Positions 29,109 through 38,482 of a DNA stretch of 64,000 nt are shown here, piece by piece; within the stretch, counting starts at the first letter, position 1, and each line of letters starts with the position of its first letter. The position numbers and the translations under genes were made by a program. The notes beneath the pieces were generated by a model. The model made no database searches. It was not told the origin of the DNA and saw only the letters and a list, made by a program, of their open reading frames with translations. The stretch is from Desulfobacterales bacterium (lineage in GTDB: Bacteria > Desulfobacterota > Desulfobacteria > Desulfobacterales > SpSt-501), in contig DATITS010000053.1 in the NCBI GenBank assembly GCA_035467535.1, positions 395 through 64,394 on the forward strand, in the 5' to 3' direction.

Positions 29109-30533
29109 ATGAAACGGAAATTCAGGTTTACATGGGTCATGGCAATGGTGCTGGTGGTGGGGTTGCTCTCCACGGCCGGCCTGCAGGCGGCCAAAACTGC
29201 ACCCCGGATGGTACCGGATAATTTCAGCACCCTGGCCGAACAGGTCGGCCCAGCGGTAGTGAATGTCCAGGTGGAGAAGACGACGAAGGGCGAAGCCGGC
29301 ATGCCGGCGTTTGAAGGCAACCCCTTCGGAAACGGCCCCTTCGGCGGGGACGAGCGTTTCAAGGACTTCTTCGGCAAGCAGATGCCGCCCCAGGAGCGCC
29401 GGCAGGGTGGCGTCGGCACCGGTTTCATCATTGATAAGAGCGGCTACATCATCACCAATAACCACGTGGTGGAAGATGCCGACAAGATCAAGGTGAAGCT
29501 TAAAGACGAGCGCGAGTTCGAGGCCAAGGTCATCGGCCGCGACCCGCAGACCGACGTGGCCCTGATCAAGATCGACGCCAAGGGCGATCTGCCCGTCGCG
29601 AGCCTGGGTCGCTCCGCGGACTTGAAGGTCGGCGAGTGGGTGGTAGCGGTCGGCAGCCCGTTCGGTTTGGAGCAGACCGTCACGGCGGGCATCGTGAGCG
29701 CCAAAGGCCGCGCCATCGGCTCCGGCCCCTACGATGACTTCATCCAAACCGATGCCTCCATCAATCCGGGCAACAGCGGCGGGCCGCTCGTCAACCTGAA
29801 CGGTGAAGTGGTCGGCATCAATACGGCCATTATTGCCCACGGTCAGGGCATCGGGTTTGCCATCCCGATCGACATGGCCACTAAAATTATAGCCCAGCTC
29901 AAGGAGAACGGGGAGGTCACCCGCGGCTGGCTGGGGGTGAGCATTCAGGACCTCAAGGGCGAACTGGCGGAGTACTACGGCGTCAAAGGCACTGAAGGCG
30001 TCCTGGTGACCGACGTGGTGCCGGGCAACCCGGCCGAGAAGGCGGGCATCAAGGCCAAGGACATCATCACCGCGGTCAACGGCGAGAAGGTCAAGAGCAG
30101 CCGCGAGCTGACTGCCAAGGCGGCCACCCTGCCGGTGGGGGAGACCACGAAAATCACGGTCGTCCGCGACGGCCAGGCGAAGACCTTTGACGTGAAGGTG
30201 GCCAAGCGTCCCTTGACGGTCGCCGATGCCGGCAAACCCCAGGTGGAGAAAGAGGGTGAGTACGGGCTGCAAGTGACCGACCTGACCCCGGAGATGGCCC
30301 AGCGGTTGAACACCAATCGTGAGACCGGCGTGGTCGTGGTCGGCGTCCGGCCGGACGGTAAGGCGGCCAAGGCCGGCGTCCAGCAGGGCGACCTGATCCT
30401 GGAGGTCAACCGCCAGAACGTCTCCTCCGCAGGTGAGCTGAAACAGTTGCTCGCCAAGCAAAAGGGCGGCGACGGGGTCATACTGCTCGTTCAGCGCATC
30501 AATGCCGGCATCGTGGTCATCAAGATGGCCTAA
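29109..30533 (+). CDS. periplasmic serine endoprotease DegP/DegQ (HtrA family, two PDZ domains)
   Basis: Signal peptide present. Catalytic motifs TNNHVV, DVALIK and GNSGGPL, followed by two PDZ repeats. RBS is AGGAGG. Confidence 0.92.
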   Translation: MKRKFRFTWVMAMVLVVGLLSTAGLQAAKTAPRMVPDNFSTLAEQVGPAVVNVQVEKTTKGEAGMPAFEGNPFGNGPFGGDERFKDFFGKQMPPQERRQGGVGTGFIIDKSGYIITNNHVVEDADKIKVKLKDEREFEAKVIGRDPQTDVALIKIDAKGDLPVASLGRSADLKVGEWVVAVGSPFGLEQTVTAGIVSAKGRAIGSGPYDDFIQTDASINPGNSGGPLVNLNGEVVGINTAIIAHGQGIGFAIPIDMATKIIAQLKENGEVTRGWLGVSIQDLKGELAEYYGVKGTEGVLVTDVVPGNPAEKAGIKAKDIITAVNGEKVKSSRELTAKAATLPVGETTKITVVRDGQAKTFDVKVAKRPLTVADAGKPQVEKEGEYGLQVTDLTPEMAQRLNTNRETGVVVVGVRPDGKAAKAGVQQGDLILEVNRQNVSSAGELKQLLAKQKGGDGVILLVQRINAGIVVIKMA

Positions 30534-30548
30534 CGCCGTGCACGGATC

Positions 30549-30586
30549 AAACGAAGCGGGGCTGCCGATGCGGTCCCGCTTCGTTT
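30549..30586 (+). terminator. hairpin terminator after degP
   Basis: A 12-bp stem aaacgaagcggg / cccgcttcgttt with a 14-nt loop, 16 nt after the stop codon. Confidence 0.6.
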
Positions 30587-30805
30587 CGTCCTAACCGTCG
30601 CGCAACCAGCTGTTTCCCGCCGACGCACCGCCGACAAACACGGTCGATAATAACGCCGTCCTGTTTTCTTTTTCAATGCAACACGGCAACAAATCCGCGG
30701 ATCCAAACCGACTGTCCAGGCATGGTCCTTGAATCCAGCCGGCATGGCTGCTACAGTTGCGATCTTTAGCTATCCCACCCATCATATGAAAACCAGAAGG
30801 CTGCC

Positions 30806-31363
30806 ATGGACAACTCGACCGCATTGATTCTCGTGGACATCCAGAACGACTATTTTCCCGGCGGAAAAATGGCCCTGGAGGGCATGGACGCGGCGGGCGC
30901 GAAGGCCGCGCGGCTCCTTAGCCGGTTCCGCGAAAAGAGGCGGCCGGTCTTTCACATCCGTCACCTCGCCGCCCAGCCCGGCGCCACGTTTTTTCTGAGA
31001 GATACACCCGGCTCCGAAATCCACTCGTTGGTGGCGCCCATGCCCGGCGAGACCGTGGTGGTGAAGCACTTTCCGAACAGCTTCCGGGAAACCTCTTTGC
31101 TCGATCACTTGAAAAAATCCGGCGTCGCCACGGTTGCCGTCTGCGGGGCCATGAGCCACATGTGCGTCGACGCCGCCGTGCGCGCCGCCTGCGACCTGGG
31201 TTTTCAGTGCCTGGTGGCCGAGGACGCGTGTGCGACGCGCGCGCTGACGTTTGGTCAGGAGGCCGTTCCGGCCGCAAAGGTCCACGCCGCGTTCATGGCG
31301 GCGTTGTCCGCGGCTTACGCCCAAGTGCTGTCGACGGAAGCCTTGATCCGGAAAATAGCGTGA
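30806..31363 (+). CDS. isochorismatase-family cysteine hydrolase
   Basis: ALILVDIQNDYF (Asp), VVVKHFPNSF (Lys) and VAVCGAMSHMCVD (nucleophile Cys). Confidence 0.8.
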   Translation: MDNSTALILVDIQNDYFPGGKMALEGMDAAGAKAARLLSRFREKRRPVFHIRHLAAQPGATFFLRDTPGSEIHSLVAPMPGETVVVKHFPNSFRETSLLDHLKKSGVATVAVCGAMSHMCVDAAVRAACDLGFQCLVAEDACATRALTFGQEAVPAAKVHAAFMAALSAAYAQVLSTEALIRKIA

Positions 31364-31402
31364 GCGCCCACTGAACAGAAACGGCTTGCCGATGACCCGC
31401 TT

Positions 31403-31783
31403 ATGAAGGCGCTGATCCTTATTATCGTCGCAGCGGCCGTTGCCTTATCGGTTGGTTCGGCTGCCTCAAGGGCGGCTGATCTCCCGCCCGCCGAGCAAAA
31501 GCAGATCGAAGCGCTGATCGCCACAATAGAACGGTTGACCGACGCCACTTTTATCCGCAACGGTCGGCCCTACGGTGCCGCCGCCGCCGCCGAGTTTCTG
31601 CGCCGCAAGTGGCGGCACTGCGAGGCAGACGTCCGATCGGTCGACGACTTCATCGGGAAGGTGGCCTCTTTTTCCTCCACGACGGGGCAGCCCTACCTGA
31701 TCCGCTTCAGCGACGGTCGTGAAATCCCATGCGCGGCTTTCCTTCGGAGCGAATTGAGCAGCCTCAGGAAGAAAGAGCCATAG
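31403..31783 (+). CDS. secreted DUF5329-like protein
   Basis: Signal peptide MKALILIIVAAAVALSVGSAAS. Pattern EQKQIEALIATIERL...FIRNGRPYGAAAAAEFLRRKW...PYLIRFSDGREIPCAAFLRSEL. Confidence 0.6.
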   Translation: MKALILIIVAAAVALSVGSAASRAADLPPAEQKQIEALIATIERLTDATFIRNGRPYGAAAAAEFLRRKWRHCEADVRSVDDFIGKVASFSSTTGQPYLIRFSDGREIPCAAFLRSELSSLRKKEP

Positions 31784-31817
31784 CGTTGAGCCTTTGTGGC
31801 GAAGGGAGAGCCAAAAC

Positions 31818-32954
31818 GTGAAACCGATTTACCTCGACTACAACGGCACCACGCCCCATGACCCCGAGGTCATTGCGGCGATGCGGCCCTATTTGGAAGA
31901 GGAGTTCGGCAACCCCTCCAGCGGCCATTCGTATGCGGCCAAGCCGCGGCAGGCCCTGGAAACCGCCCGCCGCCAGGTCGCCGGCCTGTTGAACTGCGAT
32001 GCCGAGGAGGTGGTTTTCACCAGCGGCGGCACCGAGGCCAACAACTGGGCCATCCTTGGCACGGCGCACGCCCTGCGCGGGCGCGGCCGCCACATCGTCA
32101 CCTCCCGCATCGAGCACCCGGCGGTGCTCAACGTGTGCGCGTTTTTGGAAAAAGAGGGCTACGCGGTAACCTGTCTCCCGGTCGATGCGCAGGGCATGGT
32201 GAACATCGCGGATGTCGAATCCGCCCTGCGGCCGGACACGGTCCTGATCTCCATCATGCACGCCAACAACGAGGTGGGCACGATCCAGCCGATCTCCGAG
32301 ATCGCTTCAGTGGCGCGCACCCGCGGCATAAGGCTTCACACGGATGCCGCGCAATCCGCGGGCAAGATCCCGGTGGACGTGGCGGCCATGGGCGTGGACC
32401 TGCTGTCGCTTGCCGGCCACAAACTCTATGCGCCGAAAGGGGTCGGGGCACTTTGCATCCGCAAAGGGACCAGGCTGGAAACGTTCATGCACGGTGCTGC
32501 GCAGGAGACGGGCCGACGGGCCGGGACCGAAAATATCCTGGAAATCGTGGGGCTGGGAAAGGCGTGTGAGATCGCGGCCCGCAAGCTGGAGCCTAATTGC
32601 CGGCACCTGCAGGCCCTGCGCGACCGGCTTCAGGCGGGCATCACCGCCGCGGTGGCCGATGTCCGTATCAACGGCCACCCGGAAAGAAGGCTTCCCAACA
32701 CCCTTAGCCTATCGTTCCGGGACATCGAGGCCAACCGGCTGCTGGAAGCCATCGGCCCGGCCGTCGCCGCTTCGGCCGGTGCCGCCTGCCACGCGGGCAG
32801 CGTAGCGATATCGCACGTGCTCAAGGCCATGGCGGTGCCCGTAGAATGGGCCATGGGGACGCTGCGGCTCACCACCGGCCGGATGACCACCGCGGAAGAG
32901 GTCGAGCGTGCCGCGCAGATTATCGGCGAAGCTGTCGGCAGGCTCAAGAAATAG
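31818..32954 (+). CDS. cysteine desulfurase (NifS/IscS class V aminotransferase)
   Basis: IYLDYNGTTP, TSGGTEANN, SLAGHKLYAPKGVGAL (PLP Lys) and SAGAACH (active-site Cys loop). A GTG at 31818 after GAAGGGAGAG is likely the start. The tracked ATG at 31794 is the alternative. Confidence 0.88.
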   Translation: MKPIYLDYNGTTPHDPEVIAAMRPYLEEEFGNPSSGHSYAAKPRQALETARRQVAGLLNCDAEEVVFTSGGTEANNWAILGTAHALRGRGRHIVTSRIEHPAVLNVCAFLEKEGYAVTCLPVDAQGMVNIADVESALRPDTVLISIMHANNEVGTIQPISEIASVARTRGIRLHTDAAQSAGKIPVDVAAMGVDLLSLAGHKLYAPKGVGALCIRKGTRLETFMHGAAQETGRRAGTENILEIVGLGKACEIAARKLEPNCRHLQALRDRLQAGITAAVADVRINGHPERRLPNTLSLSFRDIEANRLLEAIGPAVAASAGAACHAGSVAISHVLKAMAVPVEWAMGTLRLTTGRMTTAEEVERAAQIIGEAVGRLKK

Positions 32955-33036
32955 GCTCTCCCGGAGCGGGGATATCGTTGACAGGCCCGTCCCGTTTGTG
33001 CTAGTGCTGAAGCACTTAAAAAAATAGGAGGATGGC

Positions 33037-34572
33037 ATGAAAATTCGCAAACATCTGGTTCTGGTTTTGGCCTTGGCCCTGCTGACGAGCTTCACGGCCT
33101 ATCCTGCCGCTGCGGGCAAAAAGGATGACACCCTCAATATCGCCTTGGAAAAAGAGCTCGAAACCCTGGATTGGTATTTCAACACCGCCCGGGAAGGCAT
33201 CGTCCTCTCCCAGCACGCCTACGACTTCCTCATCTACCGCGATCCCGTCACCTTCGAGCACAAGCCGCTCCTGGCCACCTCCTGGAAGTGGTTGAGCGAC
33301 ACGGTGCTCGAGCTCGAGCTGCGCCGGGGCGTCGTCTTCCACAACGGCGCCAAGTTCTCGGCCGATGACGTGGTCTACGTCCTCAACTACGCAGCCAATC
33401 CCGACAACAAGGTCAAGTACTGGACCTACGTCAACTGGATCAAAGAGGTCAAAAAGATAGACGACTACAAAGTCCAGATCATCACCCACAAGCCTTTCCC
33501 GGCGGCCATCGAGTTTCTTTCCTGCGCCATGCCCATCTACCCCAAGGACTACTACGCCCAGGTGGGCTCCAAAGGCTTCGGCGTGAAGCCCATCGGCACG
33601 GGGCCCTACAAGGTCGCCGACGTCGAGCCGGGAAAGAAGATCGTCCTGGAGGCCTTCGACAAGTACTTCGACGGCAGCCCCAAGGGCAAGCCGGCCATCA
33701 AGCGCATCGTTTGGCGCACCATCTCCGAGGTCAACACCAAGTTGGCCGAGCTCATGACCGGCGGATTGGACTGGTGCTGGCTTATCCCGCCCGACCAGGC
33801 CGTGAAGCTGGCTCAGGCGCCCAACATAACGGTGGTGGCCGGCGAGACCATGCGGGTGGGCTTCCTTTACATGGACGCCGCCAACGTCAGCAAGGAGGCC
33901 TTCAAGGAGAACCCCTTCACCAAGCTCAACGTCCGCCAGGCCATGAACTACGCCATCGACGCCGCCACCATGTCCAAGACCCTTGCGGGCGGAGAGTCCA
34001 AGCCGGTGGATTCGGTCTGTTTCCCCACCCAGTTCGGCTGCACCGGCGATGTAGCCAAGTACGCCTACGACCCGGTCAAGGCCAAGCAGCTTCTGACCGA
34101 GGCCGGCTATCCCAACGGCTTCGAGGTTGATTTCTACGTCTACCGTGACCGGCCCTACGCCGAGGCCATCGTCGGCTACCTGGCCAAGGTCGGCATCAAG
34201 GCCAAGCTGGTCCAACTCCAGTACTCCGCCATGCGCGAAAAATTCCAGGGAGGCAAAGTCCAGCTCGCCTTCTGGACCTGGGGCTCCAACTCCATCAATG
34301 ACGTCAGCGCTATCGTCGATTATTGGTTCATGCATACCACCGACGACATCGCCCGCGACCCCAAGGTGCTCGAACTGTTAACGGCCGCCGGCGGTGAAAT
34401 GAACGTCGCAAAGCGCAAAGCCCTCTACAAGGAGGCCCTCCAGATCATCGCAAGCCAGGCCTACACGGTGCCGCTCTTCACCTGGGTGACCAACTACTGC
34501 TTCAGCTCCGAGCTGGATTTCACCCCCAACAGCGACGAGACGCCCCGTTTCTACTCGGCCAAATGGAAGTAG
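33037..34572 (+). CDS. ABC transporter substrate-binding protein, family 5 (peptide/nickel type)
   Basis: Signal peptide. SBP_bac_5-like sequence with WKWLSDTVLELELRRGVVFHNG and GTGPYKV. Confidence 0.88.
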   Translation: MKIRKHLVLVLALALLTSFTAYPAAAGKKDDTLNIALEKELETLDWYFNTAREGIVLSQHAYDFLIYRDPVTFEHKPLLATSWKWLSDTVLELELRRGVVFHNGAKFSADDVVYVLNYAANPDNKVKYWTYVNWIKEVKKIDDYKVQIITHKPFPAAIEFLSCAMPIYPKDYYAQVGSKGFGVKPIGTGPYKVADVEPGKKIVLEAFDKYFDGSPKGKPAIKRIVWRTISEVNTKLAELMTGGLDWCWLIPPDQAVKLAQAPNITVVAGETMRVGFLYMDAANVSKEAFKENPFTKLNVRQAMNYAIDAATMSKTLAGGESKPVDSVCFPTQFGCTGDVAKYAYDPVKAKQLLTEAGYPNGFEVDFYVYRDRPYAEAIVGYLAKVGIKAKLVQLQYSAMREKFQGGKVQLAFWTWGSNSINDVSAIVDYWFMHTTDDIARDPKVLELLTAAGGEMNVAKRKALYKEALQIIASQAYTVPLFTWVTNYCFSSELDFTPNSDETPRFYSAKWK

Positions 34573-34593
34573 ACCCGTTACTGATTTCATGAT

Positions 34594-34624
34594 CGGCGCG
34601 CCCCTCGCCAAACGGGGCGCGCCG
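34594..34624 (+). other. 11-bp GC hairpin after the SBP gene (intra-operon stabiliser or attenuator)
   Basis: cggcgcgcccc-tcgccaaac-ggggcgcgccg lies 22 nt after the stop codon. There is no U-tract and the permease gene follows. Confidence 0.45.
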
Positions 34625-34683
34625 ACCATCCTCAGGGGCCGTGGAGCTCATCGCACTGGTCAATACTTGTCGAAGAGAGCGGT

Positions 34684-35601
34684 ATGATAGTTTACACACT
34701 GAAGCGTCTCGGCCTGGCGTTTCTAGTGGCCGTCACGGTTTCCCTGGTAAGCTTCATGCTCATCCGGGTCTCCGGAGACCCGGCCATCTCCCTGGCAGGG
34801 GAAGCCGCCTCTGCCGAGCAGATTCAACACATCCGCGAGCAGTACGGCTTCGACCGCCCCCTCCTGGTGCAATACCTGGATTGGAGTTGGCGCGCCTTGC
34901 AGGGCGATTTCGGCGAGTCCCCCTACTTCCGCCTGCCGGTGAGCCAGATCATCGGCGACCGAATCGGGGTCACCATGACCCTGGGGGCGTGTTCCCTGGC
35001 GTTCGCGGTGCTGCTGTCCCTGCCCCTGGGTATCCTGGCCGCGGTGCACCCCAACACCTGGGTGGACCGCCTGGCCCTTGGCATTGCGGTCCTGGGACAG
35101 GCCATGCCTTCCTTCTGGTTCGGCCTGATAATGATCATCTTCTTTTCGGTGACGCTGCGCTGGCTTCCGGTCTCGGGCACCGGCTCCTGGCAGCACTTCG
35201 TCATGCCCACCATCGCACTGGGTTACTACGCCACGCCGGCCTTCATGCGCCTCATCCGGTCGGGAATGATCGAAGTGCTCTCCTCGGACTACATCCGCAC
35301 CGCCAGGGCCAAGGGGCTCAGGTGGCCCAAAATTCTCTTCAAGCATGCGCTCAGAAATGCCATCATCCCGGTGGTCTCCTTGGCCGCGGTGCAGTTCGGG
35401 TTCATGCTGGGGGGATCCATCATCATCGAGAGCGTCTTCGCCCTGCACGGCATCGGTTACCTGGCCTGGGAGTCCATCGGCCGCTCGGATTTGCCGGTGG
35501 TGCAGGCCATCGTGCTCATGCTCTCCCTGATCTACGTGGTGTTGACCCTGCTCTCCGACATCCTCAACGCGGTGTTGGATCCCCGCATCCGGGTGCAGTA
35601 G
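34684..35601 (+). CDS. ABC transporter permease (DppB/OppB type)
   Basis: BPD_transp_1 EAA-type loop (SDYIRTARAKGL), six TM segments, N-terminal MIVYTLKRLG. Confidence 0.9.
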   Translation: MIVYTLKRLGLAFLVAVTVSLVSFMLIRVSGDPAISLAGEAASAEQIQHIREQYGFDRPLLVQYLDWSWRALQGDFGESPYFRLPVSQIIGDRIGVTMTLGACSLAFAVLLSLPLGILAAVHPNTWVDRLALGIAVLGQAMPSFWFGLIMIIFFSVTLRWLPVSGTGSWQHFVMPTIALGYYATPAFMRLIRSGMIEVLSSDYIRTARAKGLRWPKILFKHALRNAIIPVVSLAAVQFGFMLGGSIIIESVFALHGIGYLAWESIGRSDLPVVQAIVLMLSLIYVVLTLLSDILNAVLDPRIRVQ

Positions 35602-35602
35602 C

Positions 35603-36523
35603 GTGATGTCATCCCATACGTCGCCAAGTTCGCCGGAAGAGACCGGCCTGGGCCTGGAGGTCGTCTTCCCCTCCCCCCGGCAGATCATGCGTCGCGCCAT
35701 GCTGCGCCACAAAGGCTTTCTCATGGGCCTGGCCGTGATCATCGTGGTTGCCCTGTTGACGATCCTGGCCCCGGTTCTGGCCCCACACGATCCATACGCC
35801 CAGGACCTGGGCCAGCGCCTTATCCCGCCCGTCTGGCAGGCGAAGGGCACCTGGGATCACCCCCTGGGCACCGACAACCTGGGCCGCGACTACCTGAGTC
35901 GCCTCATTTACGGCTCGCGGGTTTCGCTGCTGATCGGGCTCTCGGTCATGCTGATCGCCGGCCTCATCGGAACCACCCTGGGGCTTCTCGCCGGCTATTT
36001 CGGCGGCAAGGTGGACATGTTCGTAAGTTTTCTGGTCATGGTGCGCCTGGCCTTGCCCGCGGTGTTGGTGGGGGTGGCCGTGGTGTCGCTCATTGGCGGC
36101 TCCACGCGCGTCGTCATCCTGGTGCTGGGGCTTCTGGTCTGGGAACGCTTCGCGGTGGTGATACGCGCCTCGGCCCAACAAATCCGCCCCCTCGAGTACG
36201 TGGCCGCGGCCAAGTCCGCGGGCTGCTCTACCTTCCGCATTCTCGCCCGGGAAATCATGCCCAACCTCATGAACAACCTGATCGTCGTGGCCACTTTAGA
36301 GGTGGCCCGCGCCATTCTTCTGGAAGCAGCACTCTCCTTCCTTGGCATGGGAGTCCAGCCCCCCACCCCTTCCTGGGGGCTGATGATCAGCGAGGGCAAG
36401 GAGTTCATGTTTTTTTACCCCTACCTGATCACCATTCCGGGGGTGGCGCTTTTCCTCCTGCTTCTGGGCTTCAATCTTTTGGGTGACGGCATCCGCGACG
36501 TCACCGCGCCGGAGGGGCGCTGA
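35603..36523 (+). CDS. ABC transporter permease (DppC/OppC type)
   Basis: HPLGTDNLGRDYLSRLIYG, EYVAAAKSAGCS. Start codon (GTG 35603 / ATG 35606) lies 2 nt after the upstream stop (35599-35601). Confidence 0.9.
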   Translation: MMSSHTSPSSPEETGLGLEVVFPSPRQIMRRAMLRHKGFLMGLAVIIVVALLTILAPVLAPHDPYAQDLGQRLIPPVWQAKGTWDHPLGTDNLGRDYLSRLIYGSRVSLLIGLSVMLIAGLIGTTLGLLAGYFGGKVDMFVSFLVMVRLALPAVLVGVAVVSLIGGSTRVVILVLGLLVWERFAVVIRASAQQIRPLEYVAAAKSAGCSTFRILAREIMPNLMNNLIVVATLEVARAILLEAALSFLGMGVQPPTPSWGLMISEGKEFMFFYPYLITIPGVALFLLLLGFNLLGDGIRDVTAPEGR

Positions 36524-37503
36524 TGGGGCTGATCCTGGAAGTGGAAGGGCTGCACGTGGACCTGCCGCTGCCCGCCGGGCGGCTGCAGGCGGTACGCAAC
36601 GTGGGCTTCGAGGTGAGCCAAGGGGAGACCCTGAGCCTGGTAGGCGAAAGCGGTTGCGGCAAGTCGCTCACCGCCCTGGCCCTCATGGACCTTCTGCCTC
36701 CCCGGGCCATTCGCCGGGCAGCAAGGCTTGTTTTCGATGGGCGTGACCTGAGCGGGGCTGCGGAGGATACCATGGCCCAGCTGCGGGGCGACCGCATGGC
36801 CATGATCTTCCAGGAACCCATGACCTCGCTCAACCCCTGCTACACCATCGGCAACCAGCTGGTGGAAGCCTACCTCCAACACCGGCGGGCCCCGGAGCGG
36901 GAGGCCCGCGAGCGGGCCGTGTTCCTCCTGGAGAAGGTGGGGATCACGGCGGCGGGCAGCCGGCTCAAGCAGTTCCCGCACCAGCTCTCGGGCGGGCTTC
37001 GTCAGCGGATCATGATCGCCATGGGGCTCATGTGCGGGCCCAGCCTCATCATCGCCGACGAGCCCACCACCGCACTGGACGTGACCATCCAGGCCCAGAT
37101 CCTGGCCCTGTTGGCCGACCTTCAGCGAGAGTTCCGGATGGGACTTATCCTCATCACCCACGATTTGGGAGTGGTGGCCAGGGTGGCTCACCGGCTCTGT
37201 GTGATGTATTGCGGCCAGGTGGTGGAGACCGGCACCACCCGGGAGGTCTTCGACCGGCCCCTGCACCCATACACCCAGGGCCTCTTGCGTTGCATCCCGG
37301 TGCCCGGAAAGGTGGAGCCGGGCAGCGAGTTGGGCTCCATCCCCGGTTTGGTGCCAACCCCTATCGGCGTGCTCAAGGGCTGCACCTTCCGCAACCGTTG
37401 CCCCAAGAGCCGGCCGGAATGCGCTGTCGAGGAGCCGCACCTCCGGGAAATAGGGCCGAACCGGGCCCTGCGCTGCCTGGATACGTCGGCCTCGGCCGCC
37501 TGA
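36523..37503 (+). CDS. ABC transporter ATP-binding protein (DppD/OppD type)
   Basis: GESGCGKS, LSGGLRQR, IIADEPTTALD, and the C-terminal oligopeptide-type extension HPYTQGLL. Confidence 0.9.
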   Translation: MGLILEVEGLHVDLPLPAGRLQAVRNVGFEVSQGETLSLVGESGCGKSLTALALMDLLPPRAIRRAARLVFDGRDLSGAAEDTMAQLRGDRMAMIFQEPMTSLNPCYTIGNQLVEAYLQHRRAPEREARERAVFLLEKVGITAAGSRLKQFPHQLSGGLRQRIMIAMGLMCGPSLIIADEPTTALDVTIQAQILALLADLQREFRMGLILITHDLGVVARVAHRLCVMYCGQVVETGTTREVFDRPLHPYTQGLLRCIPVPGKVEPGSELGSIPGLVPTPIGVLKGCTFRNRCPKSRPECAVEEPHLREIGPNRALRCLDTSASAA

Positions 37504-37522
37504 AAAACCTCTGAGGAACCCC

Positions 37523-38482
37523 ATGCCGGATTTGGTGCTCGAGCTTGAAAACCTGACCAAGACCTATCAGGTCAGCGCCGGGGCCTTCAGGGGCAAGCGC
37601 GCTCTGCACGCCGTGAACGGAATCAGCCTGACCCTGGAAAAGGGCGAGGTGCTGGCTCTGGTGGGTGAGAGCGGCTGCGGCAAGACCACGGTGGCCAAGC
37701 TGGTTTTGTCCCTGGAAGCCCCGACGTCGGGCCGCATCCGCTTGCAGGGCCGTCCGCTGACCGACTGCGACTCCAAGGAGATCGCCCGGCAGGTGCAGCC
37801 GGTCTTTCAGGACCCCTACGCCTCCCTGAACCCCCGCAAAAGCGTGGAATCCATCATTTCGCTCCCCCTGCGCGCGCTTAAGGTGGGCGACCAGGCTTCC
37901 TGGAGCCAGAAGGTCGGCGAGATCATGGAAGTGGTGGGCCTGACCCCCCGCCTGCGCCACAACTACCCCAACCAGCTCTCCGGCGGTCAGCGCCAGCGGG
38001 TGGCCGTGGCCCGGGCGCTTATCATGCGGCCCCAACTGGTGCTCTGCGACGAGCCCACCAGCGCTCTGGACGTCTCGGTGCAGGCCCAGATTCTCAACCT
38101 GCTCATGCGGTTGCGCCGCGAGCTGAGTCTCACCTATCTCTTTATCAGCCACAACCTGGCCGTGGTCGAGCACCTGGCCACCCGGGTGGCCGTGATGTAC
38201 CTGGGCCGCCTGGTCGAGGAGGCCCCTACCCGGGAGCTTTTCCGCAATCCCAGGCACCCCTATACCCAGGCCCTCCTCGCCTCCGTGCTCACCCCCGAGC
38301 CCGGACTGGGCCTTCCCGATACGCAGTTAGGCATCGCCTATCCCAACCCCATCGACCCGCCGTCGGGTTGCACCTTCCATCCGCGCTGCCCCAGGGCCGC
38401 CGAAGCGTGCAAGGAGCAAGCTCCCGTCCCCCGCCGCGAGGGCGGCCGCCTGGTGGAATGTCATTTTCCGGAGGAGTTATGA
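37523..38482 (+). CDS. ABC transporter ATP-binding protein (DppF/OppF type)
   Basis: GESGCGKTT, LSGGQRQR, VLCDEPTSALD, HPYTQALL...GCTFHPRCP. Confidence 0.9.
   Translation: MPDLVLELENLTKTYQVSAGAFRGKRALHAVNGISLTLEKGEVLALVGESGCGKTTVAKLVLSLEAPTSGRIRLQGRPLTDCDSKEIARQVQPVFQDPYASLNPRKSVESIISLPLRALKVGDQASWSQKVGEIMEVVGLTPRLRHNYPNQLSGGQRQRVAVARALIMRPQLVLCDEPTSALDVSVQAQILNLLMRLRRELSLTYLFISHNLAVVEHLATRVAVMYLGRLVEEAPTRELFRNPRHPYTQALLASVLTPEPGLGLPDTQLGIAYPNPIDPPSGCTFHPRCPRAAEACKEQAPVPRREGGRLVECHFPEEL

Noticed and set aside
28817-29221. 134-aa ORF spanning the GNAT-degP intergenic region and running into degP.
   Set aside because: It has no RBS and a low-complexity Pro/Ser-rich product. It overlaps the well-supported degP start, which has an AGGAGG RBS. 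The region is better explained as a degP promoter and leader.
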